A stretch of DNA of 64,000 nt. Source: Nemertoderma westbladi (Eukaryota > Animalia > Xenacoelomorpha). Position 1 is the stretch's first letter. Each line of letters begins with the position of its first letter. The translations under genes were made by a program, and so were the position numbers. Shown here piece by piece: positions 23,556 through 35,269 of this stretch. The DNA lies in NCBI GenBank assembly GCA_032718475.1, contig JAUCBJ010008172.1:1-64000 (forward strand), written 5' to 3'. The notes beneath the pieces were generated by a model. That model was not told the origin of the DNA. It was given only the letters and a program-made list of their open reading frames with translations, and did not search any database.

Positions 23556-24686
23556 TTAACTCGTTTGGTACAACGTTCTCCGCCACTCTGGTGACAGGTT
23601 ATATCGTGTCAAGCCGGGACGATGGTAAGGGTTAAACGGCGATATTAAATGTCCGCGTCCCAATCCGGCTAGGTAGAATGGGCTAATATCTAGGAAGCCC
23701 ACAACTAGGGTGCCACCGACTAATTGTTCAGGTAACACTAGATCTTTGAGCAGTGAGTACAGCTCGGGAGGATCCGTCATACTAATAGGATCAAGAGTCT
23801 GAAGTCTCACTAGGGAATGAGGAGTTCTGATCGAGTATTCCGAAACTCTGATCATTGGTTTATTTAAGGATCGTCTGAGTCGAACGAGCGTAGGTGATAC
23901 ATCGAACAAGTTTCGCTCGAAACTCCCGTAAGTATAGCGAGTAAAACCGTGTTTAAAGCAACGTCTCCGCGGATGTTTATGTCTTTCCGTTTGTTGGTTG
24001 GGTCTTGGGCATTCATCGCAATAATACCCAAAAACGTACGTCTTGTAGGGGAAACGCGAGTGATCTTTCTCCAGCTTACAATATTCCTCCATCCGTTCGA
24101 AGCTATTCGGTACAACAGGTAGCGGTCGATCGGCGGTAAGATACATCATAGGGGAATAGAGCCGTTTGAGTTCTACCATGCGGTCATGATGTATACCTTG
24201 AGGATATCGAGTTTCTAGATTTTGTTGACTGGCAATATTGAGATATGTTTCTATCAGGAATTCCAGATAATCGTTGAAGTCGCTGCGTTTATCCGGCTCC
24301 TCAACGTCTTCTCTTTCGAGTCTGTTTCGAATAGAATTCTCGTGTTCCATTCTCGGTTTATCGTTCCGCCTCCGCTGGGTAGGATATTTCAATCGTACCA
24401 TTTCCCTTTTGGTGTCGACATTGTCCGTATCGTGTAAATCGATAGGATGACCAGTAGTTAAGAAGTCCACATACGTACCATTACGATGCGTATAGCGAGC
24501 GGTGAATTTCTTATAGTCCAACTCACACGTGAGCTGCTCTTGGGACATTGGCGGTTCGATATAACGACCATCGTCCTCCGCAGCAGTTGGACCAGCGTCG
24601 CCGTGTATCAAGCTATCAACAAACGCTTGTAAAGGTAGAGTATATCGCTCCCTGATACCAAGATCATCTTCTATCAACTCAATCAT
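23556..24686 (-). CDS. Accessory ORF of unknown function (376 aa) in the env-like position; possible Zn-binding motif
   Basis: ATG-initiated, with a TAGCAG acceptor-like site just upstream. Motif YYCDECPRP...HKHPRRRCFKH. Decayed homologue at ~55590-56455. Confidence 0.6.
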   Translation of the reverse strand: MIELIEDDLGIRERYTLPLQAFVDSLIHGDAGPTAAEDDGRYIEPPMSQEQLTCELDYKKFTARYTHRNGTYVDFLTTGHPIDLHDTDNVDTKREMVRLKYPTQRRRNDKPRMEHENSIRNRLEREDVEEPDKRSDFNDYLEFLIETYLNIASQQNLETRYPQGIHHDRMVELKRLYSPMMYLTADRPLPVVPNSFERMEEYCKLEKDHSRFPYKTYVFGYYCDECPRPNQQTERHKHPRRRCFKHGFTRYTYGSFERNLFDVSPTLVRLRRSLNKPMIRVSEYSIRTPHSLVRLQTLDPISMTDPPELYSLLKDLVLPEQLVGGTLVVGFLDISPFYLAGLGRGHLISPFNPYHRPGLTRYNLSPEWRRTLYQTS

Positions 24687-25504
24687 ATCTGCTATATAAA
24701 TTTATCCATATTATAATGAGTTTATATTTAGGCGAGCGGGCGTCGCTGCCTACCCCTCTCTGCCCCCGGACAGTGCGAGATCCTCAGCGCTGGTGTACTT
24801 TCGCCGAAGTGCCTATCGCCAATGTCGTAGCTGCACAACGACTACAACAACCAGAACGAGCCACTCCACCGTCCGTCCCAAAGGCTTAGATATACTTCAG
24901 GTTCTTACTGGAGAGTTAGGGTTACTTTCACAATTGCGACTCGCTACTGTAAACACACCTTAGTAGTAACATTCACCTACAAACACACAAATTCAACACA
25001 ACTGCAACAAACTGCACACATTCGGGCCATTTGTCCGTTAGTCAGTACCTTCCAGAATGTCACTGTATTTATTATGTATCCTTGGATACTAGCAGTGCGC
25101 TATTTATTCCCTATGCTATTCAATGGGGCATGCTTTCTATTGTTCTTTTAACTCACTTCTAATTCTAGCGTGGTTGTTGCCATGGTGACATTATGGAAAG
25201 CTAGCGGTAGAATTAGGGTAATTCTCATGCATACAGATCTGGGATGCTATTTAATAGTAATTCTTTAATGGTCAATATCCCCTTTATACATGATTCTATG
25301 AATTTTATCGGCTATTGACTATACATTGGAGATTCTCGCACACAAATACACTTAATAGAGTGAATCTCTGCTCCCATGATCTATTAATTAATGGAATTTT
25401 GGGAATGTTATAAATTGTATAAAATGACAATTTATTAAATTCATTGAAATATCTGAATTTAAATTTATTCCCGTAAATTTTATTATTTAATGTTAAATAA
25501 ACGT

Positions 25505-25800
25505 AATGTTATTCCAGAACGTGTCTGGGGACTGGGATCCTGGATTCTAGGAATTTTGTCTTTTTAAGAGTATCGGTAAGTGCTACGATATCTTAATCGA
25601 CTAGAATGTTAAAGGATCTAAAATTTGACAGATTTTGTAAATATTAATAATTAATATTTAGGATGGGCACCAGTTTATTCCAGAACTTGTCTGGGGACGT
25701 TAACCACTGATTCTAGAATTTTGTCTTTCAAGTATATCGGTGGGTGCCGCGATATCTTAATCGACTAGAATTACAGATGGTCAAAGGGTTTAACAGATTT
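25505..25800 (-). repeat. Two diverged ~125-bp direct repeats with hairpin potential, between gag-PR and the accessory ORF
   Basis: TTATTCCAGAAC..TGTCTGGGGAC...TATCGG..GTGC..CGATATCTTAATCGACTAGAAT occurs twice here and twice again at ~57275-57580. Confidence 0.7.
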
Positions 25801-26318
25801 ATTTTGCGTTATACGCTACTGTTAAAGGGACATCACGCTACTATATGTATTATTTAATATACGGTATGAGAGCAATATCGCACGAAGCAATGTCAGTGTG
25901 AAGAGGCAAGTCGTTTCCAAGGTCTACCCAGAGCTTGGTTTAGCCGAGACATGAGGATCTGAACTTTGCATTCCTAATACTCTGCCTACCAATAATACTT
26001 AAATATAGTAGTGGCTTTATTGTACTTTAATAAGTACGGATATTTCATCTTACTGTAGTCACGTATTTATAATATGATACGGACAGTAAGGAAAGAGAAA
26101 AATAATTATTTCTCGCCGTCGCACTAAATATAATATACATAATTAACTAATAAACGCGAATATATTGCACTAATCTACTAAATAATCGCTAAAATAACAT
26201 TCTACTAAATAAAATTAAAGAAAACGATTATAATAAAATTACATAATAATACATACATAATATAAAATAATAAAAATAAATATAAAATAATGTAGTCACA
26301 CACCCACTCCGTATGTTG

Positions 26319-29300
26319 TTACGTTATGGAGTCCCTAGATATTTGTTGGATTAGGGAGGTGGTCGTGGGAAGAGTATCTTGCCTTCCATAGTTTCCGGAC
26401 AGTTTTCGGTCTCTTTCCAGTAAACATAAACGACCAGCTGGGCGATTGAGTGGTTGTGTTACTTTCTCCGCTCCCTTGGCCTGTCTAATCTTCGCCGGGT
26501 TAAGATGGGGAGGCCATTCATCTTCTTTACTTAGGAAGTCGGGTTCACCTAACCAGTCTGGAGTATCTGTAAGTTCTTGAGGAGTTGCTCCTCTGGAGGC
26601 GATGTCGGCTAGATTGATCGTCTCGGGGCAATGTCTCCGTTGATCTACATTGGAGTTGATGTCGTCATTATCTGAGGAGTATGGTGTTCCCTCAGTTGGG
26701 TCGTCAACTTCACTGCTCTCCACTTCCCGTTCACTTAATTGATATACCTGTTCTTTTGGTAATCTTTCCATAAGAGTTCTACGAGAAGGGCCAGTAAAGT
26801 ACCAACCTACTCTAGTTCTTCCCGCATAAACTTGTAGAGGTTGCGGTTGAGCAGGCCGTTTCTCCAATGTCTCGAGCGCTTCATGCGCATTTTGACCGAT
26901 GAGTATTTGGACTCCAGGGTAATCGGTGTTGAATCTAGGTATTTCAAACTGCTGGGTGAAATCGTCCTCATCCCAGTTATAAGGTTCCACTTGGCTGGTA
27001 GCGAAGTTCTTTATCGCTAACATTTTTACTGACCTTATGCTGTGTTCTCCTAGTTCATCCTGGGGGGTGGACAACGCACCTACATAATAATCTGCGATTA
27101 CTGTAGATTTCCAAACCTGCATAATTCCTGACATGTTTAGCTTAGTTCGGAACTTGGGTTGTCCAGCAAAGATGTCTTCGGCTAGTTCTTTGTCGATGAA
27201 TGTTCCTGTACTACCGGAGTCAAGGAGGGCGTTCACTACATAACTCCTTTTAGGTCCGTGGACCCTTACCTGTACTACAGGAAATTCTCGGATTCCTACA
27301 TTGGAAGGTGGTGCTTTCCAAGATGGTTGTCTGTCAGAAGTAGTTAGGGGGGGCTCGCTGTCGGTGTCTTTTTCATACGTAAGTGCTCGATACACTGCGG
27401 TATTTGTTAGGTAACAGGATTCGTTTTCGTCGGAGAATTCGTCCGTATAGAATCCTTCCATCTCAGAATATTGGTCAGTGTCGTTCACATCACTGAATTG
27501 GACATGTAGTTCGGACTCACTTACCTGACTCGGGCTGTTTCGTTCGAATTCCGTGTGCAACAAGATATGATGTTTTGCGCCGCACTTTGCACACCTTACG
27601 TCGGAGTAACAGGTTCGCCGTTGGTGTCCTCGTCTGAGGCAATTATAACACAACCGCTTATCCCACATGACTTCATGTCTGTCCTTTAGTGATTTCCTCA
27701 GGAATTCATCACACGCACTTAAACGGTGGGGCCCGTCGCACAACACACATTTGGGCTTGATGTTACTTACTTTAACATGTGCTGTGTGGTGCACGCTCGT
27801 TCTTTCCTCGGGCTTTCTCACCTGAATTCTCTTGGGAGACGTAGGAGGAGTTTTTCTTACCTGTTCTCTCCTGTCATTGGTTCGAGACTTGAATTTACTT
27901 ACCTGTTCTTTAGGCGTTTTATTGACATAATAAGCTCTATCAGTGTCTTTCCTGCTATCCTCTCCTTGAGAAGTCTGGCTTTCGCTGTCGTCTGTATAAC
28001 ACACTGGTATTACCCTTCTCCTAGAAACGGGTTTCTCACTTACCTTGTTTTCCAGTGTCTTCTCTCTGGACTGCCTTAGGAGCTGTAATTTCACTTCTCT
28101 ATCTAAGAATGACATGAGATCAGCCATGGTAGGGTCTCGTTGTTGTTGTTCCATCATATATAACACTTTCTTGTCCCAGCGTGTACCTACTCCACCCTTG
28201 GGCAAAGTAGATGCTAAGGCTCCTACAACCATAGAATTCTGGTATTCATGAGACTTACCTAACCAATCTAGTTGTCTACAGATCTCCTGAATCTCGTCGG
28301 AAAACTCTATAATCCCGCTGCTAAGAAACTTTCGGGGCGCCATTAATTTCGCATATAAATACCTAGCTATGTTAGTCCTATTACCATACCTGATGTTTAG
28401 TGTATCCCAAACTTGTCTTAATCCATCAGGATGTCCAATAAACTTTGACGCCATTAACTTGTGAGATCCTTCCAAGCACTCGATGAGGAATCTAAGTTTC
28501 TCTCCGTTGGATAGCACAGAGTTCTGTATGTTATCTTTGTAATATTCATTAAAAGGTAACCATTTCATCTCATCTCCATTGAACTTGACTATCTCTCCAA
28601 CCTTTACCGCTTGCCGGGCTTCGGATTTAGCCATTTGACGCGTAAAACTTTCTTGGGCCATCGTGTTATTTAATATCGAATTATCGGTATAGAAATTTCT
28701 CGGATTATGATCCGGTCTATAGGGAATATCATTATCAACAGGTCTATAATTACCCTTAATAGGGTTGACTATAGGAGTTTCTACTTCGCTAGCAGTATAT
28801 ATGCGTGTAGGCTCCACACCTTGTGCATGAGATACTTCAGACCTAACAGGTTGACACATTGTTACAGGGGGTGGTGGTATACCCTTTTGAGTATTTACTA
28901 ATTTATCGCGTTCTAGCGCGATACTTTGCTGCACTTCTTGCAACTCTAATCTACTTTCCCTTACTGTGCCCTTGAATTGCTGAACGGTCTCCTGCATCTG
29001 TCCGAGCAGGAGATCCATCCCCCGTCGTCTCTCATCCACCCATTCAACCGCCGAAGCGGGATTCGCCAACGTTGTAGCGGGCGGACGAGGGACAACGGGC
29101 GACAAATCATGAATATTTCGCTCGGAGTCCAGGGCATGAACTGTCTCATGGGCTGTTCTGCTGGGCACAGGTAGCTTAGTGCTGTGCAAAGGGAATTGAG
29201 AGGTAGGTTCAGGGAGTACAGGTGTCTCTACGACCGAAAGGGTGGCTTCGGGAAAAGGCCTAATTATTTCAGGCTCATCTACTATAGTAGGGAGTCTCTC

Positions 29301-31141
29301 TATTGTAATTATTTGGTCTGTGGGTTCTATACTACCTAAGTTGGTGTTATTTAGTTGCCTTCGTACAGCTGGAGGCAAATCAGGCAATTTCTGACGGTGG
29401 GATGTTCTTTTACGTCTGCTTAGATGAGATCTATTTCCTTTGCCTTCAGTGTCGGTGGTATCGCCTTCCTCAGATGATGTATAACCTTGTCTTTTAGGAG
29501 TAGATCGATTCATCATCTGCATATTACTAGCTGTTAACTGTTTATTAAAGTTGTCTTGTCTCTCTTGAAGATTTTCCAACTCTAGTTGGGTTGTCTCTTC
29601 AGATGCCCTCCGTTCTGCTTCTGCCACTGCTATTTTTCTTTCCGCTTCGGCCACCTTTCTTTCCGCTTCTGCTGCTGCCACTTTTCTTTCCGCTTCGGCC
29701 GCCTTTCTTTCAGCTTCTACTGCTGCAGCTGCCACCTTTCTTTCCGCTTCGGCCGCCTTTCTTTCCGCTTCTGCTGCTGCAGCTGCCACCTTTCTTTCCG
29801 CTTCGGCCGCCTTTCTTTCGGCTTCTACTGCTGCAGCTGCCGCTTTTGCCTCTGCCGCTGCCGCTTTTGCCTCTGCCGCTGCCTCTGCCGCTTTTCTATC
29901 CACTTCTACCGCTTTTCGTTCCGCTTCTGCCGCTGCCACTACCGCTGCTGCTGTCTTTCTATCTTCTATACGTTTTTTCTTTACTTGTTCTTCTTGAACC
30001 TTAGCGATGCGGATGCTTTCATTGAATTTAGCTTGGTTCGCAGCTAACCTATCCACATCGATTGCATCCAACACACGCTGGGCTCCTTCACTATTAGGGC
30101 TAAGCCCCTCTAACCTTCTCCTCAACTCTTCATCACCTAAAAAACGTTGATAGTCTGACAGATAGATGTCAATGGCATCCCTCTATGCGGTTTCTCTGCC
30201 GTCGCTTCACTTTCCACTTGGGAAAAAGTAGCGTCTGTTGATTCTCCATGGGTTGAGCGCTCCTCCAGCTGAGCTTTCCACTGAGCTGTTCCTTGAACCT
30301 GGCGACTCACCCGTTGAAACCAAGTCTTTACGGCAACTTGCAACGACGTGTCTTGTCTTCTTTTAGAAGCCTCCTCAAAGGCCGATAAGATTAGCCTAAT
30401 TCGCAGAATTCTTTCTCTAACTTGATAAAGCAGTTGTCCCTGCTCTTGAGGTCCTTGAGGTTGTTGAAACAGTTGTTCTTTTACTCGCTCCATAGAGCTG
30501 AAGAATCCCTGTGCGTATCCGGCTGCGGACCTCTTCCACACAGCTGGATCGATGGTTTCCTTGGCTACTCCCATCCGGTGTATGTCTTCCCAGGCAGCTT
30601 CTGATAAATCAAACGGGAGTCCGGGTCCGGGGAAGTTCCATTGCGACTCGACCATAGACTTCAGTTCTTCCCTTGTGTATCCCTCATAACTATCTTTAGT
30701 TGATCGCTTACTTCTCGCCCAATCGATCTGGTGTTCTTCCACCGCGATCAATAACCTAGTGAGTACGGCTGCAGGAAGGATGAGAAGGGGATCCGAATAA
30801 ACCGCATCCGTCATCCTTGCTCCGCGCTCGGGTGTCAGCTCTACAGTATCTTCACTACTGGAGCTGTCGGGCCGCTGAGAAATAAGTTCTTGGCTCGCGG
30901 GTTGTTGCTGTTCCGCTGCTTCTTGGTCCCGCTTGACCTGGGCTCGAGTGCCTATGATAGACCTACGATGTTGGACTAGCCTAGGTTCTGTTATTACTAC
31001 TGGAGGGATGACTTTCCTCACAGTGGGAGGTGAACTGAATTTAGGTGTGGACGGTTCTACACCCTTATCTGAGTCGCAGATAGTTACATCTAATAAACTG
31101 TCTGACAGGTTCTGCTTAGTATCAGACATGTTTGTTTGCAC
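26319..31141 (-). pseudogene. gag: Gag-protease polyprotein (~1600 aa, one frameshift ~30185) ending in fused remnants of the RNase H-connection and integrase C-terminus
   Basis: KFNGDEMKWLPF gag core; Bel-type knuckles CVLCDGPHRLSAC, CYNCLRRGHQRRTC, CAKCGAKHHILLH; ALLDSGS protease; then directly RHCPETINLADIASRG..WLGEPDFL..WP and RPAGRLCLLE. No YxDD. AEAERK repeat expansion. Confidence 0.9.
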
Positions 31142-32499
31142 AGTTGAATGCCTACTGCTATATTACAGTCTAAGCAAGTCTAGTAATTCAGCCTTAACTG
31201 CTAGCCTAGTAATTAATTACCGATACTGCTACTCAGTGTAGCGTGATATATATAATATTAGAATACCGGTATGCTTATGGTATATATAAGTATTATTATA
31301 CAGACTAGGTTTTTCACAAAATACCTTTATATAATCTTAGCACAAATATATATATATATAATAGGCCTATCGTGGATACCGGTATGCAGTTTACACTTAT
31401 AGTATATATAAGTATAATTATTAACTAGAATTAATTACAGAATACCGGTATGATTTCAGCTTAAGTTTATGAAAATAAAGATAATAAGCCTATTGTAAAT
31501 ACCGGTATATCAATTATTTTAAATAATTGAATTTCTGAATTTTAAGGGTTACTTGGTTACTTTAACTTACTTTATTGCCGTTATTTAAGCAGTAGTCCAA
31601 CTGATATTGAGACCTAATTGTTATATGGCAGGCCTACTATTTATAAATCGTTTGAGTTGATTTATAATATATATATACCCGTTTAATGGGTTTTGTCAAT
31701 GTTTGAAATAAATGTTATTATTTCTGGGGGAGTCACTACACATAAGCTGTGCGCTCTCAGTGGAGTGCTACTTGTTAGACACTAAAACAAATAATTCTAA
31801 TTTACCTAAGTTACTTAATACTACAAATTACGTACAATTCGGGTTGAGATTACAATCTCTAAATAAACACAAAAATTTAATTACAAATACACAAATACAA
31901 ATTTTTAGGGTAATTTTACAAGAAGTCTACTAACCAGCCTAACAAAGGGTTAGAATATCTGGTTATTACAACGGACAGGTTACTACGGTATTTGAAAATA
32001 ATAAGTAGTAGTAAATATACTGCGTTGTCCAGATAGGAAAATACCACCGCCTGACGACCTATAACCGTATCGCTATAGGTACTACGTTATGTATCACGGA
32101 GTGTCCCTACCTAGAAGTTAATTACCGCGGTCTACCAGAACCAACGTGCCTATTAACCACTTTACAACACAAATACACTGCCTACACACTAATTGCTTTC
32201 GGAAAGTACTGTACACTAAACCCTAAATTAGGTACAAGTACTTGTATAACAAATAATTAGTAGTTAAAAATACTTGAACAGATAAAAGAACCACGGTATC
32301 TGCCGGAGTGACCAAAGCACAAAATCTCCAGTCTTTACCTACGCCGAGCAGCCCTGATGTAGTACCGGGGTTAGTTTAACTATAACGGTATGTATAACAA
32401 ACACAATTACTGTAGGAATAAACTTGGGGATATGAATGTTGCGAATAATAGCATAAACTCTGAATAATAAATATTACGCTACGCGTACAAACCATTCAA

Positions 32500-33040
32500 A
32501 CAAAATGCAGACCAAATACTAACAGACTACTATCAAGCCTAAACAAACTACGGTATATGCAGACTCCGAAATGATTAAGTAGTATGCGTTCTAACCCAGT
32601 AGTACGACTTATTCTTTAGATGGGGGTTTACCTTACAGCTATGGCTGCCCCTACTTCCTAACCGTTCTTTATCGGACATACACTCTACACACACCGAAAT
32701 TTCCTCAAACCCAACAACAGCCAGACAACTATCCAGCCTACAAATTATCTAAATAAAATTATACGCTACCCATACAGACTACACAAACAAAGTACAGACC
32801 AAACGATGGCAGACTACTATCAAGCCTAAATAAACCACAGGACATGCAGACTCCGAAATGGTTAAGTAGTATGCGTTCTAACCCAGCAGTACGACTTATT
32901 CTTTAGATGGGGGTTTACCTTACAGCTATGGCTGCCCCTACTTCCTAACCGTTCTTTATCGGACATACACTCTACATGCACTGCAATCCGTTCAGACCTA
33001 ATCAACAGTTAGCCAACAGTCAAGCCTACAAATTATCTGT
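32500..33040 (-). repeat. Tandem ~287-bp repeat (2 units) in the 5' leader
   Basis: CAGACTACTATCAAGCCTAAA at ~32523 and ~32810. The same dimer occurs in the second copy at ~63505 and ~63793. Confidence 0.85.
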
Positions 33041-33314
33041 ACAATCTGAGCAGGCTTACACGCCTTCTGCTCAATACTGGCCTACAAATAAATAAAACTG
33101 ACAGAAATAGGCCTAAGTAAAATCCCAATAAAAACCAGGCGTCCCCGATTAATTATTAAGACCTACCGGTATATAATAATCAAATCGAATAATACTGCTG
33201 TACCTGCTGTAAGTACCGGTTCGGATGATCAGGCAGTCAGGCCTACAGGTTTCCGGTCGACCGGTACTTTCGACTAGATTGCTTACACCGCAATCCAGAA
33301 GCAATATCTGTTAT

Positions 33315-34488
33315 TGTTTGCGCTTTTAAGACCTTTGACAGTTTAACCTGCCAAATTAGGATGTCTTTTGGATGATATATATTCTTTAGCTTATGACGAG
33401 TATTTGATACACTACATTAGCCGAAGCCAGTCTATGCGCAATCATTCACCCGCTGGATATACCCGGGAGACTGAATTCGGAGCTTAATGATTGATGGTGT
33501 AAGCCTACCGTATTATTCGACTGATCGTAATATATAATCTCTGACAAATATTATTCACTTTCGGGAAATATTAACAGTTCCTTTAGGACGTGGCGCTCTA
33601 AATATATAAACAGAGTTATGGCTTAAACTAGATACAACGAAAAGGCTATAGATTTACGTATATGGCGCATTCTTTAGGAGATGCTTTGTTATCAGTTACA
33701 ATCATACACAATGCTGCACAATACTGCACACTAATCTGCCGACCTTCACTAAATTTGGTCACGTATAAAGAGAGCAATATACAATTTATGTCGGGCATAT
33801 GAAATAGCATTAGATTCACTTCAAACCACTTAACATAGGTCGCAATCGTTTATTTGTAACCGGTCTCTCTAACCTTTAGTATATCAAGAAGGTGGGGTAT
33901 CTGACTATTGATCAGTATTCCGATATAATATTTCATCAACCAATATAATGAATAATCGACAGTAAAAGCAGTAATATTAGTAAGATATGGTAAGTAAGTA
34001 AGATATGAATTGCATAGAATTGGTTTGATAAGATTGATAACAGATATACGTTCTATAATTAAGATTAAGCCTACTAGTGTAAAGCTAAAGAATGCTGATA
34101 TACGGAGGTGCCAAAAGCCGATGTTCTTAGGCTCTGGGCAAAAACATAACACTGAACTACTGAGTTCTGTATCCACCTCCAACACAGAGACAAAAAACGC
34201 TCTGATTGGTCAACCGAACAACGAGAGAACAAAGAAACAAAGAAATGTCGACGTGGCAATATCAGCTGTTAGCCGTCGTCATGGTAGCGACACTGTTTTC
34301 AAGAGTATCGAGCTTATTGCGTCCCGAAATTGCGGATTATGTCCTCTAAAGTACAAATACAGAAGAAATGGCTTTTATGTCCTCTAAAACACCAGTACAG
34401 TAAGGACACGGCCTTTTTATGCCCAGTAAACCAACTACAGAGTACTTTACGGGGAAAATAACCGGCTAATTACGCAAAAGCTTTTACA
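33315..34488 (-). repeat. 5' LTR (1174 bp) of the RT-less element
   Basis: Minus strand reads TGTAAAAG...GCGCAAACA; direct repeat of 21925-23085. Confidence 0.95.
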
Positions 34489-34493
34489 GACTC

Positions 34494-34608
34494 CCGTAGA
34501 GGAGTACTGGAACTACTGCTGCTCTAAATAATCGGACCTTAAGTTTCCGATTAATTCTCGGTGACTTCCAAATCCTGGAAAGCCTATTCAAGGCTGCCCA
34601 TGCTTTCA
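34494..34608 (-). mobile_element. 5' remainder of the interrupted RTE copy
   Basis: Matches ~906-1018 and ends at TSD GTATCAC. Confidence 0.9.
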
Positions 34609-34615
34609 GTATCAC

Positions 34616-34796
34616 CCCAACGGTTGAATCGAACGTATTTCCCGTTAAATGCTTTTATTTCTATTCCTTCCCCCAAACACTCGAGGCCCCACACACTCTT
34701 ACCTGTAATCACCGATACGTATGGGGCGGGCGCACTATCAGTAGAGCTACCGCTTAATGACATCATTTTTGGTTGTGATGGTTTCACAGATTCCAT
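34616..34796 (-). pseudogene. N-terminal part of ORF X copy A
   Basis: MESVKPSQPK...IEIKAFNGKYVRFNRWG matches 48286-48470 and joins KGRNVV at ~21470 once the RTE is removed. Confidence 0.85.
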
Positions 34797-35029
34797 CAAC
34801 AAATTTTGCGAAATATTAATAATTAAGTATAAAAATACAATAATATCGCGCTATACAATGTGCGAAAAATATGATAATGAATGAATTAACCCGAATGACG
34901 AAATAAAGTATTTTACGACATATTTATAATATAATGATGGGCTTTCGGGAAAACGGGTATATTTTAACCACTCAACCGGATTAATCGCTATTGTCCTGAG
35001 AGAATTTTTTTTTGAAAAACTTCCTATAA

Positions 35030-35186
35030 ATTTCAAGGGAAATATTTATTTACGCTTAAATTGGTTGACGTAAGTGGTAACAGCTTGCGGTGGCGATTAA
35101 TGCGGTCTATATAAATTTTTATAGACACACCCCTGAAATTCCACAGAATATTACTCACGGTTAAATTGATTGACGTCAACTGTATT
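35030..35186 (-). promoter_or_regulatory. Putative ORF X promoter with two CRE/ATF-type sites in direct repeats; inner end of the left arm
   Basis: TGACGTCA (35171-35178) and TGACGTAA (~35086) lie in duplicated ACGTCAAYCAATTTAA.CGT blocks, mirrored at 47902-48050. Confidence 0.5.
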
Positions 35187-35269
35187 AACTGTGTAGCTTC
35201 TTAGAAGTTTCATAATTTTAAGCATGAGCGAATTTAATTTAATGTTGGCATCGCAAACTTTCTCTCCCG

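Larger units (their letters stand above)
21925..34488 (-). mobile_element. Non-autonomous Bel/Pao-derived LTR element (Gag-protease only, no RT/RNase H/integrase core) with accessory ORF
   Basis: LTRs at 21925-23085 and 33315-34488. TSD GACTC at 21920-21924 and 34489-34493, inside the RTE; the empty site GCATGGACTCCCGTAG is seen at ~895-911. Short PPT GGGAGCGG (minus strand, 23086-23093). Confidence 0.93.

Noticed and set aside
29586-30047. Cys/Phe-rich and Leu/Pro-rich plus-strand ORFs
   Set aside because: Antisense shadows of the AEAERK repeat in gag.
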